Counted from the first letter of the stretch, positions 24,344-37,764 are shown. The stretch: DNA of 64,000 nt from Camelus dromedarius (GCF_036321535.1 NC_087437.1:70186001-70250000); one strand, 5' to 3'. Notes: generated from the letters alone by a model not told the origin. Numbers and translations: made by a program.

Positions 24344-24362
24344 TGCTGCCCCCTCTTGACTG
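24344..24362 (-). promoter_or_regulatory. Possible CTCF motif
   Basis: Minus strand cagtcaagagggggcagca; AGGGGGCAG core matches, 5' part has about 3 mismatches. Confidence 0.25.
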
Positions 24363-24629
24363 TTAAGAGCTACAGATACCATGCAGCCTTAAACCAAATT
24401 TATAATTCAATGGATGGACTGGGAATAAAGATCCTACTTCTGTAATGAGAAATCTGATTAAATCTTGGAAACTGCATAGCAAAAAGGGAATCAAAGTTTA
24501 TCTAGTAAAACTTTTAATGGGGCTTTTCTAGCTTCCTGGAAGACTGGTCATCCTTCATCCAGCCTCCTACATCATTATAGTTGTGCCTCTTTCCAGACTC
24601 AATTCTGCCTGTATTAATCATTTGAGTTT

Positions 24630-24765
24630 ACTGCTCTGTTTCTCCCACTAGTGATAGGCTTTTTGAGGGCCGAGGCCTTGTCTTTTTTTTCCTGTGTAAG
24701 TATCACTGTACCTACAAAGATTTGTGCATGGGGGCTGCTCAAAAGAATATGTTTATTGAAAGTAA
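24630..24765 (+). mobile_element. L2 3' end
   Basis: tctcccactag...ttgagggccgaggccttgtct...tttattgaa. Confidence 0.55.
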
Positions 24766-24881
24766 ATGTCTAGCTGAGTTCAAAATCAGTTGAGTTATGA
24801 ATGGTTCTTTCTGAGCAAAGCTAATGAGTCCAACTAAGGTTAAAATCAGGATATTCACATAAGTGATGCCATGTTTCAATC

Positions 24882-25382
24882 CAGGAACTCTAAACTTTTT
24901 GAGCACACATCCCCAGTAAATGTTATGCTTATTTATAGATTATATGGATCTACTATTGAACTATTATGTTATATACATTAAAAATACACAAAATATACAA
25001 ATTAAACAAGATGAAAAACTTAGCCACATTCTGCACAGACATAACATTGAATGAAATAAACTAGACACAAAAAAATACATACTGTATGATTTCATTGACA
25101 TAAAACTCAAAAAACAGACAAAACTAATGTATAGCATCCTGATTAGAGGAAAGATCAGGAGTGACTTCTAAGATGCTACTAAAGCTTTATTTCTTGATCT
25201 TGATGCTAGCTGTACAGATGTTTGTTTGTGAAAATTCACTAAGCTATACACTTATGATATGTGCGCTTATCTGTATATATTATACCTAATTAAAAATATT
25301 TTTAAACAATTTTTTTCTTAAACTCCAGGAGACTGATTTGTGTATTTCCTAGGGTACATATTCCCCATTTGGGATTCCTCTG
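24882..25382. mobile_element. hAT-Charlie-like MITE interrupted by an L1ME-type 3' fragment (about 25020-25300, + strand)
   Basis: Outer tttttgagcacacatcccc...ccccatttgggattcctctg; inner aatacatactgtatgatttcatt...aaaactaat...tttgtgaaaattcactaagctatacactta. Confidence 0.5.
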
Positions 25383-25482
25383 CTTTGATTAACAAAGCTA
25401 ATCAAACTTTCAACTAGTGGTCAGACAGGAAGACACTTCCATCTATGAAATTTCCCTAGCAGTAATACCTGTGCAGTTCCCA

Positions 25483-25496
25483 GTTGCTATAGCAAC
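25483..25496. promoter_or_regulatory. RFX X-box-like perfect palindrome
   Basis: GTTGCTATAGCAAC fits the RFX consensus GTTGCYATRGCAAC. Confidence 0.4.
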
Positions 25497-27335
25497 TACA
25501 AGGCCCCTATCTTCCTTGAGAAAGAGTTTGTTCATCTTCCTCCCCTCTCAGGTCTCTAAGATATCATTGATAACTTGGGAAAGTCATTTCATGCATGTGA
25601 GACTATCTTCTGAAGGTGAATACTTTCAAAATGAAGAAACTCATGTTTGCCTCCCACAGCCTCAGATTTCACATCTGTAAAATGGCTTTGTGGGGAGGAT
25701 TTACTACATTAAATTAAGAAGAGGACAGCACTTGGAAACTTATTGATCTTTCAATAAATTTATTTAGGAAATGTTCTAAATTATTAGAGAAAATGTCCTG
25801 CTCTACAAGTCAGAAGATTCACATCCTAGACTTGGTTTAACCAGTGATTTGGTAAAACCTCAAGTATTAAGTACATCACTAAATGTCACTCTGCTTTAGT
25901 TACTTCAACTGTAAAATGACCAGATGGGCTTCAAGTCTCAATGGTAACCACTTAGATGTGAATAAAGACTAAAAGAACAATACAAAACTCTGCCAGCCAG
26001 TGAGCAGAGCTTCAGTGTATCCCTGCTGCGTGATTAGAATTTTATGACTTGCTGACCAGTTGCTTCTTTGGCTTTTCACTTTATTACTACAATTTCCTGT
26101 AATAGTATAATTTCCTGTTTTCTCCCCTGCCTTTCTTTTACTTGCTTAACCACATTGTGTTTTTGGACCATGAAGTTTAAGGAAAGGACTCCAAGGAGAC
26201 TTTAAGCCCTTTGTGACCGACTGGTTAGCTCTCCTCACAGGACGTGTCCTCTGACACACTTAAGGAAAATGATGGTAGTGAGAGCAAACAAAAATGGTTT
26301 GGCCTGTGTTGAAAGATACAGCAAGGAGAGGATGTTTTAAAAGGAAGCATGTTGGTCATTAAATTTGCAGAAGTAAAGTAGAACAATGCAAACCTATTGC
26401 TATAAAAAATGAACTAGAGATGATGCTATTCGACAAAAATCTGTGGAATATTTTAAGCATAAGAAAGGCTAGCTAGGGAACTGGGAGTTTAGACATTAAG
26501 TGTAAACCTACTTTTAGAGAATAGTCAAATCCTAAAAGCAAGGAAGAACACTGCTTGAAGCAGATGGGCACAGCTCCAGAAAATATACTGATGCCCAAAC
26601 ATAAATGTTTAGTGATAGTACATATATAAAAAGATATAAAAGGGTCAGAAGATATACAAAGATGCTATGCACTGTTTAAAACTCTGGGACAACTGAATAG
26701 AACTAAAGAATAAATAAAGGACTATGAAATTGTTGATATGCAGCCTTTCATATTTATCTCACTAACATTCTTGAGACTAGAGCTGAGTAAAACTGACATT
26801 AGAGTATCTTAAGGACAAATGATGGATGAATGTAACTGCAAAGAAGAAATATGATAAAAAAGAAAATGGGAAATTAGAGTTAGCTTTCAAAGACAACAGA
26901 GTAACAGAAAGAAGCAATCCAAGATAAGCATCCTTGTAGAGAAGAATAGATATCATAAAAGCAGACATTTTCATCTGGGGATGGCTGAGAGGCCAAAGCA
27001 AATGCTAGAAATGTCCACGGGAAAGGTCAGGGCTGTGATGAGTGAGGCTAACTCCCATTTGGGAGAGTGATTGCTTAAAGCTTACTTTCGAGAATCCAGC
27101 GTTTGAATACTACCTAGATGCAGGTGTATAAATTTCTTTAACAAATGATGGAGATTTCTTCAGAGAAATTGACTTTGACATGTAAGGCAAGGATCTGCTG
27201 GCTGGTGGGAAAACCTTATCAACTCCCAAAGCTGTATACTCCATTTAAGTACATCATATATGAGACACTGGCAAGGGGTTTCTGTGTGTCCTGAATGCAA
27301 AAGGAACTCTATTATAAAGTGAAATATTTCTTACA

Positions 27336-27500
27336 CTGGTGCTTCTTATACTGTATTGTAAATATGAACCACATGGGGATCTTGTTAAAATGAAGATTCT
27401 GATTCACTAGGTGTAGAGCCTAAGATTCTGCATTTCTAAGAAGCTCCTGGGTGAGGACCATACCTGGATGTTGGTACATGGGCCATACTTGTAGTATTAA
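27336..27500. mobile_element. MER5-family hAT MITE
   Basis: ggggatcttgttaaaatgaagattctgattca...gattctgcatttctaagaagctcc. Confidence 0.8.
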
Positions 27501-27689
27501 ACATGCACATTTTAAAAGGGGAAAGAAACATTAACAGTAGGAGACAAATAACAAATCACTATTAATTCCAGCTAGAAAACAAATGGTTCATTTAATAAAC
27601 AAAGATAACTAGATATAATTGCAACTCTCCAGAAGTTCATTATCTATTTGAGGAGTCATTGTATTGTTTGTAGCTGTTCACATGACCAA

Positions 27690-28140
27690 GCACCATGACA
27701 GAGATAATGAATATGGTGCTTTGCAGCATAGAGACAGGAACCTGAGCAACAAGGTAGAGAAATAAAAATATAAACCTTATACAAAAGCACAGAGGCCAAG
27801 AACTGCAAGTAGTTCAGTATTGATTAAATGCAGAATTTATTTAGAAGAGGCAAGTACATGAGGTTGGGCAGATAGGTAGACATCACTAAAGCCTTGGTTC
27901 TTCACTCTGAGGCATTTAGACATTACCTAATAAGCAAAGTTAAACACTGAAGGGAACGAACTGACATAATTAGATCTGAGTGTTTAAAAAGTCATTCTTG
28001 CCACAGTATAGAGTCTGGGTTATAGGTGTGGGTGGAGCTAGAGGTAGACAAACTATTGTAATAGTCCCAGGAGAAAATAATGGAAGTTTGAATAAATCAA
28101 TGGCAGTGGGAATAAAGAGGGAGGTGCAGATTCAAGAGAT
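27690..28140 (-). mobile_element. L2 fragment
   Basis: tgacataattagatctg...ctattgtaatagtcccaggag...gattcaagagatat. Confidence 0.6.
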
Positions 28141-28904
28141 ATGTATTTAAGCAAGCTGCCAGAGACCAAGACACAAGATGAAGCACTCAAGAAAGAAATC
28201 TTCACATAGAGAAAGGATATTCTTCCCATGCTTATATCCCAGAAATAAGTTAGTAGAGGGTCATACATTTTAATTTGTGTCAATGACATAATTATCCATT
28301 TTTGAGCAAGAGGATGATAATGACAAAATGATACATAGAACAAACTAGAAGTTTAAGATAAAAGAGTAGAATCATCACAGGCTATCTTGGCATCTGAAGA
28401 AACGGGATGGAAAGAAGCAGCCATTTTTGCAGCCTAAAATCAAGAAAATCTTTGTCCTAAGTTTGTAAAGAAAGTGAAAACTACTTAATAAGCAACTGCT
28501 TGGATAAATAGTGAGAGCCTGAATTAACCATCAAGCAAGGAATATTTTTGGGAGGGACTTAGAAAAACTTATAAATACACAACAGATGCTGCCCCAGTGT
28601 CCATTGATTTGAAAAGATTTTTTTTTTTTTTTTGTAATTACTGTATGTGGGTCATGACAGCAACTAAAAATTGCTCTCTGACTCAGGCCTTCATTAACAT
28701 CATCCATGTTAGAGCCTTTTCCAATTCTCTCCCAGAGGGGATCAGAAATAGTTCCTGAACAACTAACACCAGTAAATTCGCCATTAGTAGCTATGGGCCA
28801 AGCAACTCCACGCCCTAGCCTCTGCCTCATGGCTGCTTCCTCGTCTGTTAATATTGCCTACCGTGGCATTAGCCTGCACTAACGTAGCACTGCAGGTACA
28901 TTCA

Positions 28905-29786
28905 TTCCCCTACTTTTAGGTTCCTGAACCCAATTCAAACACGGGGGCATTGGTTTCCACACACTAACAAGCAATTCTCAGGTGTCACCTGGATGTCCTA
29001 CTATTCAACTCAAATCTGATAGCATCAGAGGCCACAGGTTAAGGGTCCAGTCCCACCAAACTGCCTGGCCCACCCTCCCCCCGACCCCAACACACACACA
29101 CAGACATACACTTCAGACAGCAGTCACAAGCTCTGGCTGCTACTTGTTTATCTGTGCTTCTGATCCACTGGCTCTAGATCAGAGGTTCCCATGACCCTCT
29201 CTCCTGAGGTTCAATTTACTTGCTACAGTGGCTCACAGAACTCAGAAAACATTTTACTTACATTTACCAGTTTATTGTAAAAAGATGATAAAGGATACAG
29301 ATGAACATCCAAATGGAAGAGATACGTAAGGCAAGATATATCAGAAAGGGTGTGGAACTTCCATGCCCTCTCTGGGTACACCACTCTCCCCACACCTCCA
29401 CATGTTAACCAACTCAGAAGCTCTCAGAAGCCCGTCATTTTGGACTATCATGAATACTTCATTACATAGGAATGACTGATTAAATCATTGACTATTGGTC
29501 ATGGATTCGATCTCCAGTCCCTCTTCCCTCACAGGAGGTCAGGGGGTGCGGGGGTGGAGGTGGACTGAAGGTTCCAACCTTCCAGTCACATGGTTGGTTC
29601 ACCTGGCAACCAGCCTCCTCCTCAGGTCCTTAGGTGTGGTCCAAAAGTCACCTCATTAACATAACAAGAGATACTTTTGTCATTCTCCTTACTTAGGAAA
29701 TTCCAAGGGCTTGGGGAGCTCCCTGCCAAAAACAACAGGGACAAGGACCAAATATAAATTTATTATTATCAAATCACAGTATCACA
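28905..29786 (-). mobile_element. MER21-like LTR
   Basis: ggctcacagaactcag...tttaccagtttatt...aaaggatacagatgaac...agtcacctcattaacataaca...cagtatcaca. Confidence 0.85.
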
Positions 29787-30344
29787 CTTCAGAACACACT
29801 TATCAGCTTCAATTGTGCAGAAGGTGGGAGAAGTCCCTGCCTCCTATGATGTGCAGCCCTTTTTTCTACTCTTCTCTCACAGGGCTTTTGCTCACTGGCA
29901 TTGTTTTGTTTTGCACCCATCTTTACTCCCAAAGATTTGCTCCTATCCTTACCATATTTCCCTGCTTTCTATCGCTGGATTCAGTCTCCACTCCTACCTA
30001 AGGACCCTAAATGCACGGCAAAATGCCAATGTAAGAACTGATATTGCTGCAGCTAAGACCATTTTGATTGGGAAAAGACCCAGTACCCAATGTAAGTGAT
30101 TTAAGTGAGTTAGAAAAAGAAAATGCTACCTATAAGAAATGACTCCTATCAGGCTGTCTACTGGATATTGTACTTAAAAACCAAGCTATATGGTGGTTAC
30201 TAGAACTAGCCCTGGTCATAAGTGAACCTTACTCATTAAGAGGAAAAACTACTTTTTCAAATATCAGTGACTTCTTAATGAACAAGTACAACATCTTTTC
30301 TTTCTACATTGGCTTTTGTGATACTAGACTCAGTTCATCTTCTG

Positions 30345-30795
30345 TGTATCAGCTTTCTATTGAGGTCACAACAAACTGCCACAAATTCAGCAGCTTAAAA
30401 CACCACCCATTACATTACCTCACAATGAGTGGGTCAGAAGTCTGGGCACAGAGTAGTTCACCTGGATTCTGTTTGGGGCCTCACAAGGTAGAAATCAGGG
30501 TGTCTACTTCACTCTTATCTAAAGGCTGTGGGTAAGATTTTACTTCTAAACTCAATCTGGTTGTTTATAGAATTCAGGTCCTTGTGGCTACAGGGATTCA
30601 GTTCCCTGTTTTCTTGATACACAATCCTCTTCATCTTCAAATCAACAAGGGCATTTCTAATCCTTCTTGGGTTTGGAATATCTGACTTGCCCCTTCTACT
30701 GCTAAAGAATAATCTGTTTTTAATGGCTCATATGATTAGATTAGGTCCAGCTGGACATCCATCAGGATAATCTCTCTATAAGATCACTTACATCA
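30345..30795 (-). mobile_element. MLT1E-like MaLR LTR
   Basis: tgtatcagctttctattg...cagcttaaaaca...ggctcatatgattagattaggtcca...ggataatctc. Confidence 0.8.
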
Positions 30796-30949
30796 TCGTA
30801 AGCACTTTTAAAAGCTGGCCATTATTTTTTTTTTTAAATAAAGTTAAAAAAAATTTTTAAATGATATTACATACTGAGACTTCCTTAGCTTAACCCTAAG
30901 GAAGCACTTTCACCAAACTGGGAAGGGAATCTAGCAGAGAAGAACAAAA

Positions 30950-31150
30950 TAGACTGTTTCAGATTCTAGCTTTGCCACTTATTAACTATGTGGCCTGGCT
31001 TAAAAATACCTAACTTTTCCTCACCTGTATACCTGGAATAATGTTAGAACCTACCTCATGGGGGTGTTATGGGGATTAAATCTGTTAACATACGTAAAGA
31101 ACTTAGAATAAGATTTGGCACATAATAAGTGCTATATAAGCATTTAATAA
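30950..31150 (+). mobile_element. MIR SINE
   Basis: ctttgccacttattaactatgtg...acctacctcatggg...ggattaaat...ggcacataataagtgct. Confidence 0.8.
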
Positions 31151-31273
31151 ATTTAAAAATAGTTAATTTAATTTGTCCTCAACTTCTATCAAGGGTTAAT
31201 ACTGTTGGTATAATAACTATTTAAATAATTTATATATTCAAACTTATTATGAACTTAGTAACTTTTTAGTTAC

Positions 31274-32395
31274 TTTCTTAAAAGACAGCTTAACAATTCT
31301 TTTCACATTCTTTGTTGTTATATTCTGGAAACTGGAAACTTTTTTGGAAACTATTTCTTCAAGTTCTCATCATAAAGCATCTAATTGAAAAATTAATGTT
31401 AATATTCTAACCACTTTATGAGTAACTTTGATTTGTTATCAGGTTTCTGTTTTTCCTCATTCTGATCTTTCTGGCTATGGGATTTTGTTGAAAAAAGATT
31501 TCATACCTTTCTGGAGTAAAATTTTTTTTGTATTTTTAGGGGGAAAAAAGTCAATTTAAATTATCTAAGAAAAAGGTAACTGCATGTATTACCCGCTCTT
31601 TATTCTTTATTCTGAGAATGAAATTCAAAATCTTTCTGATCTTTGCATCTAAAAGTAAAGTTACCTCTACTTAGCAACTGAAAGATTTATTTTAAATATT
31701 TAAAATATTAAGAAGTTAATCTGTATAAAGTTTTTCTTTGAGGATATCTTCTAATTAAAACTCAAATTCTAAACTAAGATATGTTTTATTTCAATAACAA
31801 TGTCCTTTAGTGATTTCTTAATATAGTTTTTATATTGTTAGAATTTTTTTTCTTCCTCTAATATTTCCAGTTATCTTCAGGTCAAAGTTTCTGGCTTCTT
31901 TCTTTCTTTCTAGTTCTGTTTTGTCTTGCATTACTACGTGTTCATAAACCAAAACATGATTTTTGTTTATTATAATAATCATCATCTATTTTAGCCCATG
32001 TATTGATTTTCTTAGCATTTCTACTTTCTCTACATGCTCAGCACAGTATTTTTGTATTATGCATTTTGTATTACACAGTATTAATTGTTCTGTTATTTGA
32101 TGACCAAGAAAACTCTAAACTTTAGTTACTTCTTTTGATAATATCACTATTTCTTCTTCAAAAATTTATGTGTCTAATTATTGATATTTATTTAGGAGGT
32201 GTTTGGAACTCTTACTTTACATTCTTTTTTTTCCTTCTCTTCTTCATTTTTAAAACTGAATTTAGCCCGACAGGAGGACTTTGCATCATTTATCACTAGA
32301 TTACTCTCTCAAAGATCTAGCCCACTTTGCATATTACTATTAAAAAGTAATAAATCCTCTTTAAATTGTGGAGCATCTTTTCAAATTGTAAAAGC
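31274..32395 (-). pseudogene. Large coiled-coil pseudo-exon (possibly two exons)
   Basis: Acceptor ttatttgcttttcag. AFTI*KDAPQFKEDLLLFNSNMQSGLDL*ESNLVINDAK; FEEEIVILSKEVTKV*SFLGHQITEQL (about 110 codons, 2 internal stops); LEILEEEKKF; QLDAL**ELEEIVSKKV. Possible donor AAA|GTAACT. Confidence 0.6.
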
Positions 32396-32438
32396 CTGAA
32401 AAGCAAATAATGGTAGTTTTTCTAAACAATTTTCTGCC

Positions 32439-32841
32439 AGTGGTGGCCTTCAGATGTGCCCCACAGGCCTCCAACTGTAGGGCATATAACTAACCAAGGG
32501 TCCAGCCGCTGTGCTCTGAAATCCACCTCTGTGGTTGCCCTGAGGCCATGCTTCCCAAGGGCTACTTCCAGCCAGACTAAGCTGTTAGGGATACTAGCAG
32601 GCCCATTCCTAGGAGATGACAGATGTCTCTGGAGGCCAACTTTGGCTCTAGAACCCCCTAGTGTGCCTTGCTTAGGCTGTTTTACAATCTAGGATGCTTC
32701 CATCCAAACTTTCATCTCTTTCTCCTTCACTCAGACTTTTATCTAGCATGATGGCTCCCTCACCACTTTATTTTCCCTAGTTAAGTACATTTAATTAATC
32801 CCTTCTTGTACTCTGTGTCTTAGAAGACTCAGAATAACACA
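32439..32841 (+). mobile_element. LTR16A-like ERVL solo LTR
   Basis: ccaagggtccagccgctgtgctctgaaatcc...gcaggcccattcctaggaga...aataacaca. Confidence 0.8.
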
Positions 32842-33079
32842 ATGCCATATATACACTTGGAAATATCTACTATGTAGATCTATTGCCAAAAATAATTGGT
32901 TAACTCGAAGGAAACTAAGAAAACACAGGACATAATATATAGAGTATTGGACTACTTAGATCTTTAGTTTACAATTCAAGAAACACATTTCATTGTAAAT
33001 TAATCTGCCTTTTTTTTTTTTTCCTACCACCTATAGTAGAGGGATAATGTTTTTATGTTTCCCTATCCTCAAATTAGTC

Positions 33080-33640
33080 TTTCTTAGCTTCCACTTGTGC
33101 TTAAAATATAAATTTCTTTCCATAGCTACAGATTCTGCAAGGATCAGGTCTCTGCCCATTTGTTTGAAACCATTATCATCGTCAATCTCTGTCTTAACTA
33201 CACTGACCTTTCAGCTCCCAGAATACACTAAGCTCTTTCCCTTGCCTTAGAGCTTTCATCTATGCTGATCTTTCTGTCTGAGTTTCCCCTCCCTTCACTC
33301 TTTGGTTAATTTCTTAACCAAAATGCCCAACTTCCTAACTTAAATGTCCCTTCCCCAAAGAGGTTTTCCTTGGCCCCCTCTCCCCACAAAATCAAAGTCA
33401 TGAGCATCATATTGCTTTTCTAATAACCCTATTGTCTTGACCTCTTTGCCGTATTCACAATTTTAATTATTACAATAATTAATCTTTTATTGTGTGTTAA
33501 ATGCCCACTAGATTATAATCAGTAAGGTGTTGAGAACCATGACTGTTTTGTTTTCTTTTGTATATATTGCCTTATACAGTTTCTAGTAGTGAGTAGGTAA
33601 GTGCCCTATCCATACTTGTTGATTGAATGAATGAATGAAT
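33080..33640 (+). mobile_element. L2 3' region with (TGAA)n tail
   Basis: L2 motifs ending ttgttgattgaatgaatgaatgaat. Confidence 0.75.
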
Positions 33641-33901
33641 AAACCAATTTCTTAAAACATTTTTTGAACAACTAAGGCCATGTAGCTTGATGAAGTACTG
33701 TTCTTTTTGTGCTCACTCCACTTTCTGATGATGAAGGAGCAAACCATAGTCACAGTACAGAATACCTTTTAACCTAAATTCCATAAAATGTATATAATTT
33801 ACATAACTGTGATATCCCAGGGTTAAATATTCTTCGTGTTAGTAACCAGATTGCATGTTTCCACCTTTTCTGGCTCATAACAAAGATATGGTCATTGTCA
33901 C

Positions 33902-34103
33902 CTGCTCAAATACTTAGGCACTACTTTGGAAAAAAATTCTCCTATACACTGATATTTGATTCCTTTTCTTTATCTCCCACTTGTCATTATTCCAAAGAGT
34001 AGACATAGTTTTGCAAACTGCTCTTAATTCTTTGATTACCACTAATAGATACTCCCTGATGCCAGTGATTTCTTAACATTCAATATTAAAAAATTATCTT
34101 TCT
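33902..34103 (-). pseudogene. Candidate pseudo-exon (helical)
   Basis: Acceptor tgttctctcatag; EITGIREYLLVVIKELRAVCKTMSTLWNNDKWEIKKRNQ; possible donor CAG|GTGACA. Confidence 0.4.
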
Positions 34104-34247
34104 CTATGAGAGAACATTTTAATAGTTCTATCAAACTTGGAACACTACATGCCCTTTGACCAAGCAATCCACTTTGACCAAGATGCCACATTGAAAAGCT
34201 ACATTATCTTGTCAACTAATTATTTCCATTTTAGTTATTAGGTTTAC

Positions 34248-34404
34248 CCTTTGCTGATGTCCTAATCTACACAGGTCTCATAAACACCCTGGAATTGTCT
34301 ATGAAGTAATTCAATTAGCAAACTTTCTTTCTAAGACAAATGTCTATTCTTGCCCTCTTTTTCTATCATTTCATTTTTGAAATGTTGGTAATAAATTAGT
34401 GTGG
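34248..34404 (-). pseudogene. Candidate pseudo-exon, spectrin helix-B-like
   Basis: LIYYQHFKNEMIEKEGKNRHLS*KESLLIELLHRQFQGVYETCVD; possible donor AGG|GTAAAC. Confidence 0.4.
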
Positions 34405-35852
34405 CTAGGTTTACTGGAACAGGATCCTAATTCTGTTACCTCCAAGGGGTAAAATTTAGTAGCTTCAAATCTTGTGATTAATCTTAAGCTGGATATTAGG
34501 TAGTCATCCTTCTCAGAATAACAGGAATTTCAACCCTTAGAGAAAAAAAAGAATGATCCCATTCCAACCAAATAGGGGTTTCTTAGCCCTTCCATAAATC
34601 AGCATTATTATTCTATATATTTGAGAGTGGGCGTCCTATCTTTTTTATGACTGTCCCACTTATAGTAAACCAACAGGTAAAATCTTGAACTTTTGAAAGT
34701 CCTCACAGAGCCATGTGAAACTTTTACTTCCATCAGCGTTCTCCCTCCTTCCCCAGAACACAGAATTATGTAATAAGTATCCTCATTATCTCATTTTTCC
34801 TCAGATCTTCAGTAATGTGTCCCAACCCATGTAAACTCTGTGCTCAGGCATGCTATGCTGTCAGTAGCAGAAAAAAGGAATTAAAGAGTTAGCCAGACCA
34901 GCAGAACTAGGGCAAAGGGAATTAAACTTGGCAGTAGGGCTGGTCCCCAAAGAGAAGTATAATTTGAACCTAGTCCAGGCTTATGCTGATACCCCAGGGA
35001 TTCTTAAGAAGACAGGGCATGATACAACGAGTCTCTGGATAGCAGCTACACCTATCGTTGGGCAAATATTTTGGTTGCAGTTTAGGTAGTCCAGTTTGAA
35101 AGAGGGCCTGAAAGTATGGCCCAGCCCCAAGGAAAGCAGATTAACAGAAAAAAGAAAGAGGATCAGAGCACCAGGTAAATGGCGTAGAGGTTAAAGCCAA
35201 AGCTATAGTCCCAGCAGGAAGTTGGGTTGCCCACCAGAAAGGAAGCAAAACCCTGGCACATGGGCTAGTTACATATGTTGAACATTACTGGGCAGATTGC
35301 CCCTCATGGCAAAACCAAGTGGCAAAGGGCTTTACTCAGGACACTGAAACTCAGACTGGAGTCCACAGATGATTTTGACAATTAAAATTTGGTCTCTACT
35401 GGTTCAGGTAGTTGCAAAATTGAGCCTATAGGAGAAAGGTTATTGGAGCTTGCATCTGCGCAAGACTGGGAAAATAGGACTATGTAATGTATATATCAGA
35501 GAAAACGAAGGCCAGAGGACTAGGAGATACTTACATGCCTATAGGACAGCAATACTCATGGACACTACTTCACAGAAACTAGAATGCCTTCTTTACAAGG
35601 CAGAGGTGTATTGAGTGATTTAAAAAAAAAACTTTATTGTTTATTCCTTTGTCCTTGTGAACACACTCATATCTTTTTTTTAATCAAGAATTCTCAGTTA
35701 CAACTCTCTTACATAACATTTTATGAATATTTTGTGTTTCTATGCCTCTTTTGAAGACATGATTAAAAATAAATGATAAGCAATTTATTTGGTTAATTGA
35801 TATATTACAAGGTATCCACTTATTAAAGGTACACAAACTAAGATATAGCAAC

Positions 35853-36216
35853 TATCTTAGTCCTGTCAGGCTGCTATAACAAATTACCATTGACTGGGTG
35901 GCTTAAACAAAAACATTTATTTCTCAGAGCCTGGAGGCTAGGAAGTCCAAGATCAAGGTGCAGGCAGATTCATTTCTGGTGAGAAATGCTTCCTTGTTTG
36001 CAGGTGGCTGTCTTCTCTGTATCCTCACATGGTGGAAAGCAGAGAGAGAGAGCAAGCTCCTATGTCTCTGCTTCTAAGAGCACTAATCTCATTCATGAGG
36101 GCTCCACCCTCAAGACCTAATTACTTCCCAAAGGCTTCACTTCCTAATACCATCATATTGGGGGTTAGGATTTCAACATAGGAATTTTGGCAGACACAAA
36201 CACTCAGTCCATAATA
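35853..36216 (-). mobile_element. MLT1A0-like MaLR solo LTR with 5-bp TSD
   Basis: ggctgctataacaaattacc...aagtccaagatcaaggtg...ggatttcaacata; TSD GCAAC at 35848-35852 and 36217-36221. Confidence 0.92.
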
Positions 36217-36559
36217 GCAACATAATCATCTATCTAGCTAATTGCTTTAGCATCTCTCTTCTACTCCCTGCTAAGGTCACTTTAAAACCATCAACATGTG
36301 TATTACTGTGGTGAGAAAAATTAAAAGGCTCAGGTGACAGCCAACCTACCTTATTGCTAATATTGCTCCATGTTTATTAAGAAGGACCATGAATTTCAAA
36401 ATTGGGGGTAAATTCATATATAGATGATTCAGGGTGTAAGTAATTAGTAGTAATAACTGAGACCTTGTCTCACTTCATTGACCAACCATTCGCTTCCTAC
36501 CAGAGTTTCAGTGATTGGATCTGTCTTGTTTAGTGTGCCTAACTGATTACATTGATTAT

Positions 36560-37350
36560 ACATTTCTTTTCTCATTTATTCAAGAGCTGTTAAATGAAAT
36601 CTACTCTTTGCCTGGCATTTATTCTAGGTACTAGGATACAACAGTGAGTAAAACAGACAAATTTCCTATCCCTGGAACTCACATACTAGTTGAAGAGTTA
36701 CCAGGGAGAGCAGTAGAGTTGGAGCAGTGTGTTCAAGGAGGAAAGTGGAACAAGATGAAGCAAGAGAGACTGAGTAAAGGGTCAGATCACAAAAGGCCTT
36801 GTAGATCATGGTAGGGAGTTTAGATTTTATTCCTCAGTGGTATGGGAAGCTACTGACCAGTTATGAGCATGAAAGTAACATGATCTAGTTTACATTTTTA
36901 AAGTGTCACTGTGGCTGCCATGTGGAAAAGGTAGAGGGGAAGCAAAAAGAAAGACAAAGAAGCCACTGCAGTTGTCCAAGGTAGAGATGGTGATGATTTA
37001 GACGAAAGTGAGGCAAATGAGATGGAAATTGGTTGATTTCTGGCTAAATTTTTAAGGCAAAACTGATAGAACTTACTAATAGATTGACTATGGCAAGAGG
37101 AAAAGAAATTCAGAATGATTCCTAGGTTTTTACCTGAGCAACTCCATGAAAAGATGTGCCATTTGCTACAGAAACATCAAGTTTGGGAAATTCAATTTTG
37201 GATTTTGTGTACAGTTAAGTATGAGATGCCCATTAGACACTCAGATGGAGATGTCAAATAGAAGTTGGATAGAGCCTAGAAGATGGGGGGAGAGTCATGC
37301 TGGAGAGAGGCATTTGGGAGTCACCAGTGGACTCGTGTAAACGTTTAAGA
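36560..37350 (-). mobile_element. L2 fragment
   Basis: ctaggtactaggatacaacagtgag...gggagtttagattttattc...gcatttgggagtcaccag. Confidence 0.85.
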
Positions 37351-37449
37351 AAATATATATATTCCCACGTTCCAGGGTAAGAAGAATCTATTTCCTTGTG
37401 ATGTAAATGTCATCTATTTCTTTCCATGCAAGTCCCAACCCAGAGCCTC

Positions 37450-37620
37450 TATTAGTTATATTCTTTTGATTGCAGGCATCAGAAACTGTCTCTAGACAGG
37501 TCAAGCAAAAAGAAAATTTATTGAAGGGAATCTTTTGGTTTGCTCACAGAATGAAAGAAAAAGTTGAAAGCCTCCACTCAGGAAGGGCAGCACCCAAGGC
37601 CCCACAAGGGACTTTAGAGA
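37450..37620 (-). mobile_element. MLT1K/L-like LTR fragment
   Basis: ttttgattgcaggcatcagaaact...aagcaaaaagaaatttattg...gctcacagaat. Confidence 0.55.
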
Positions 37621-37764
37621 TAAGAGTTTGAGGAACTGCCATTTATACCATTCCACTTCAATGAGTTTATGTCCACCAGAGTCACAGTCACATCCTGCAA
37701 AAGCCATACCCTTCCCATGACCAATTCCCTCATCTATTAAACAAAAGGGTTAACACAAATACTT

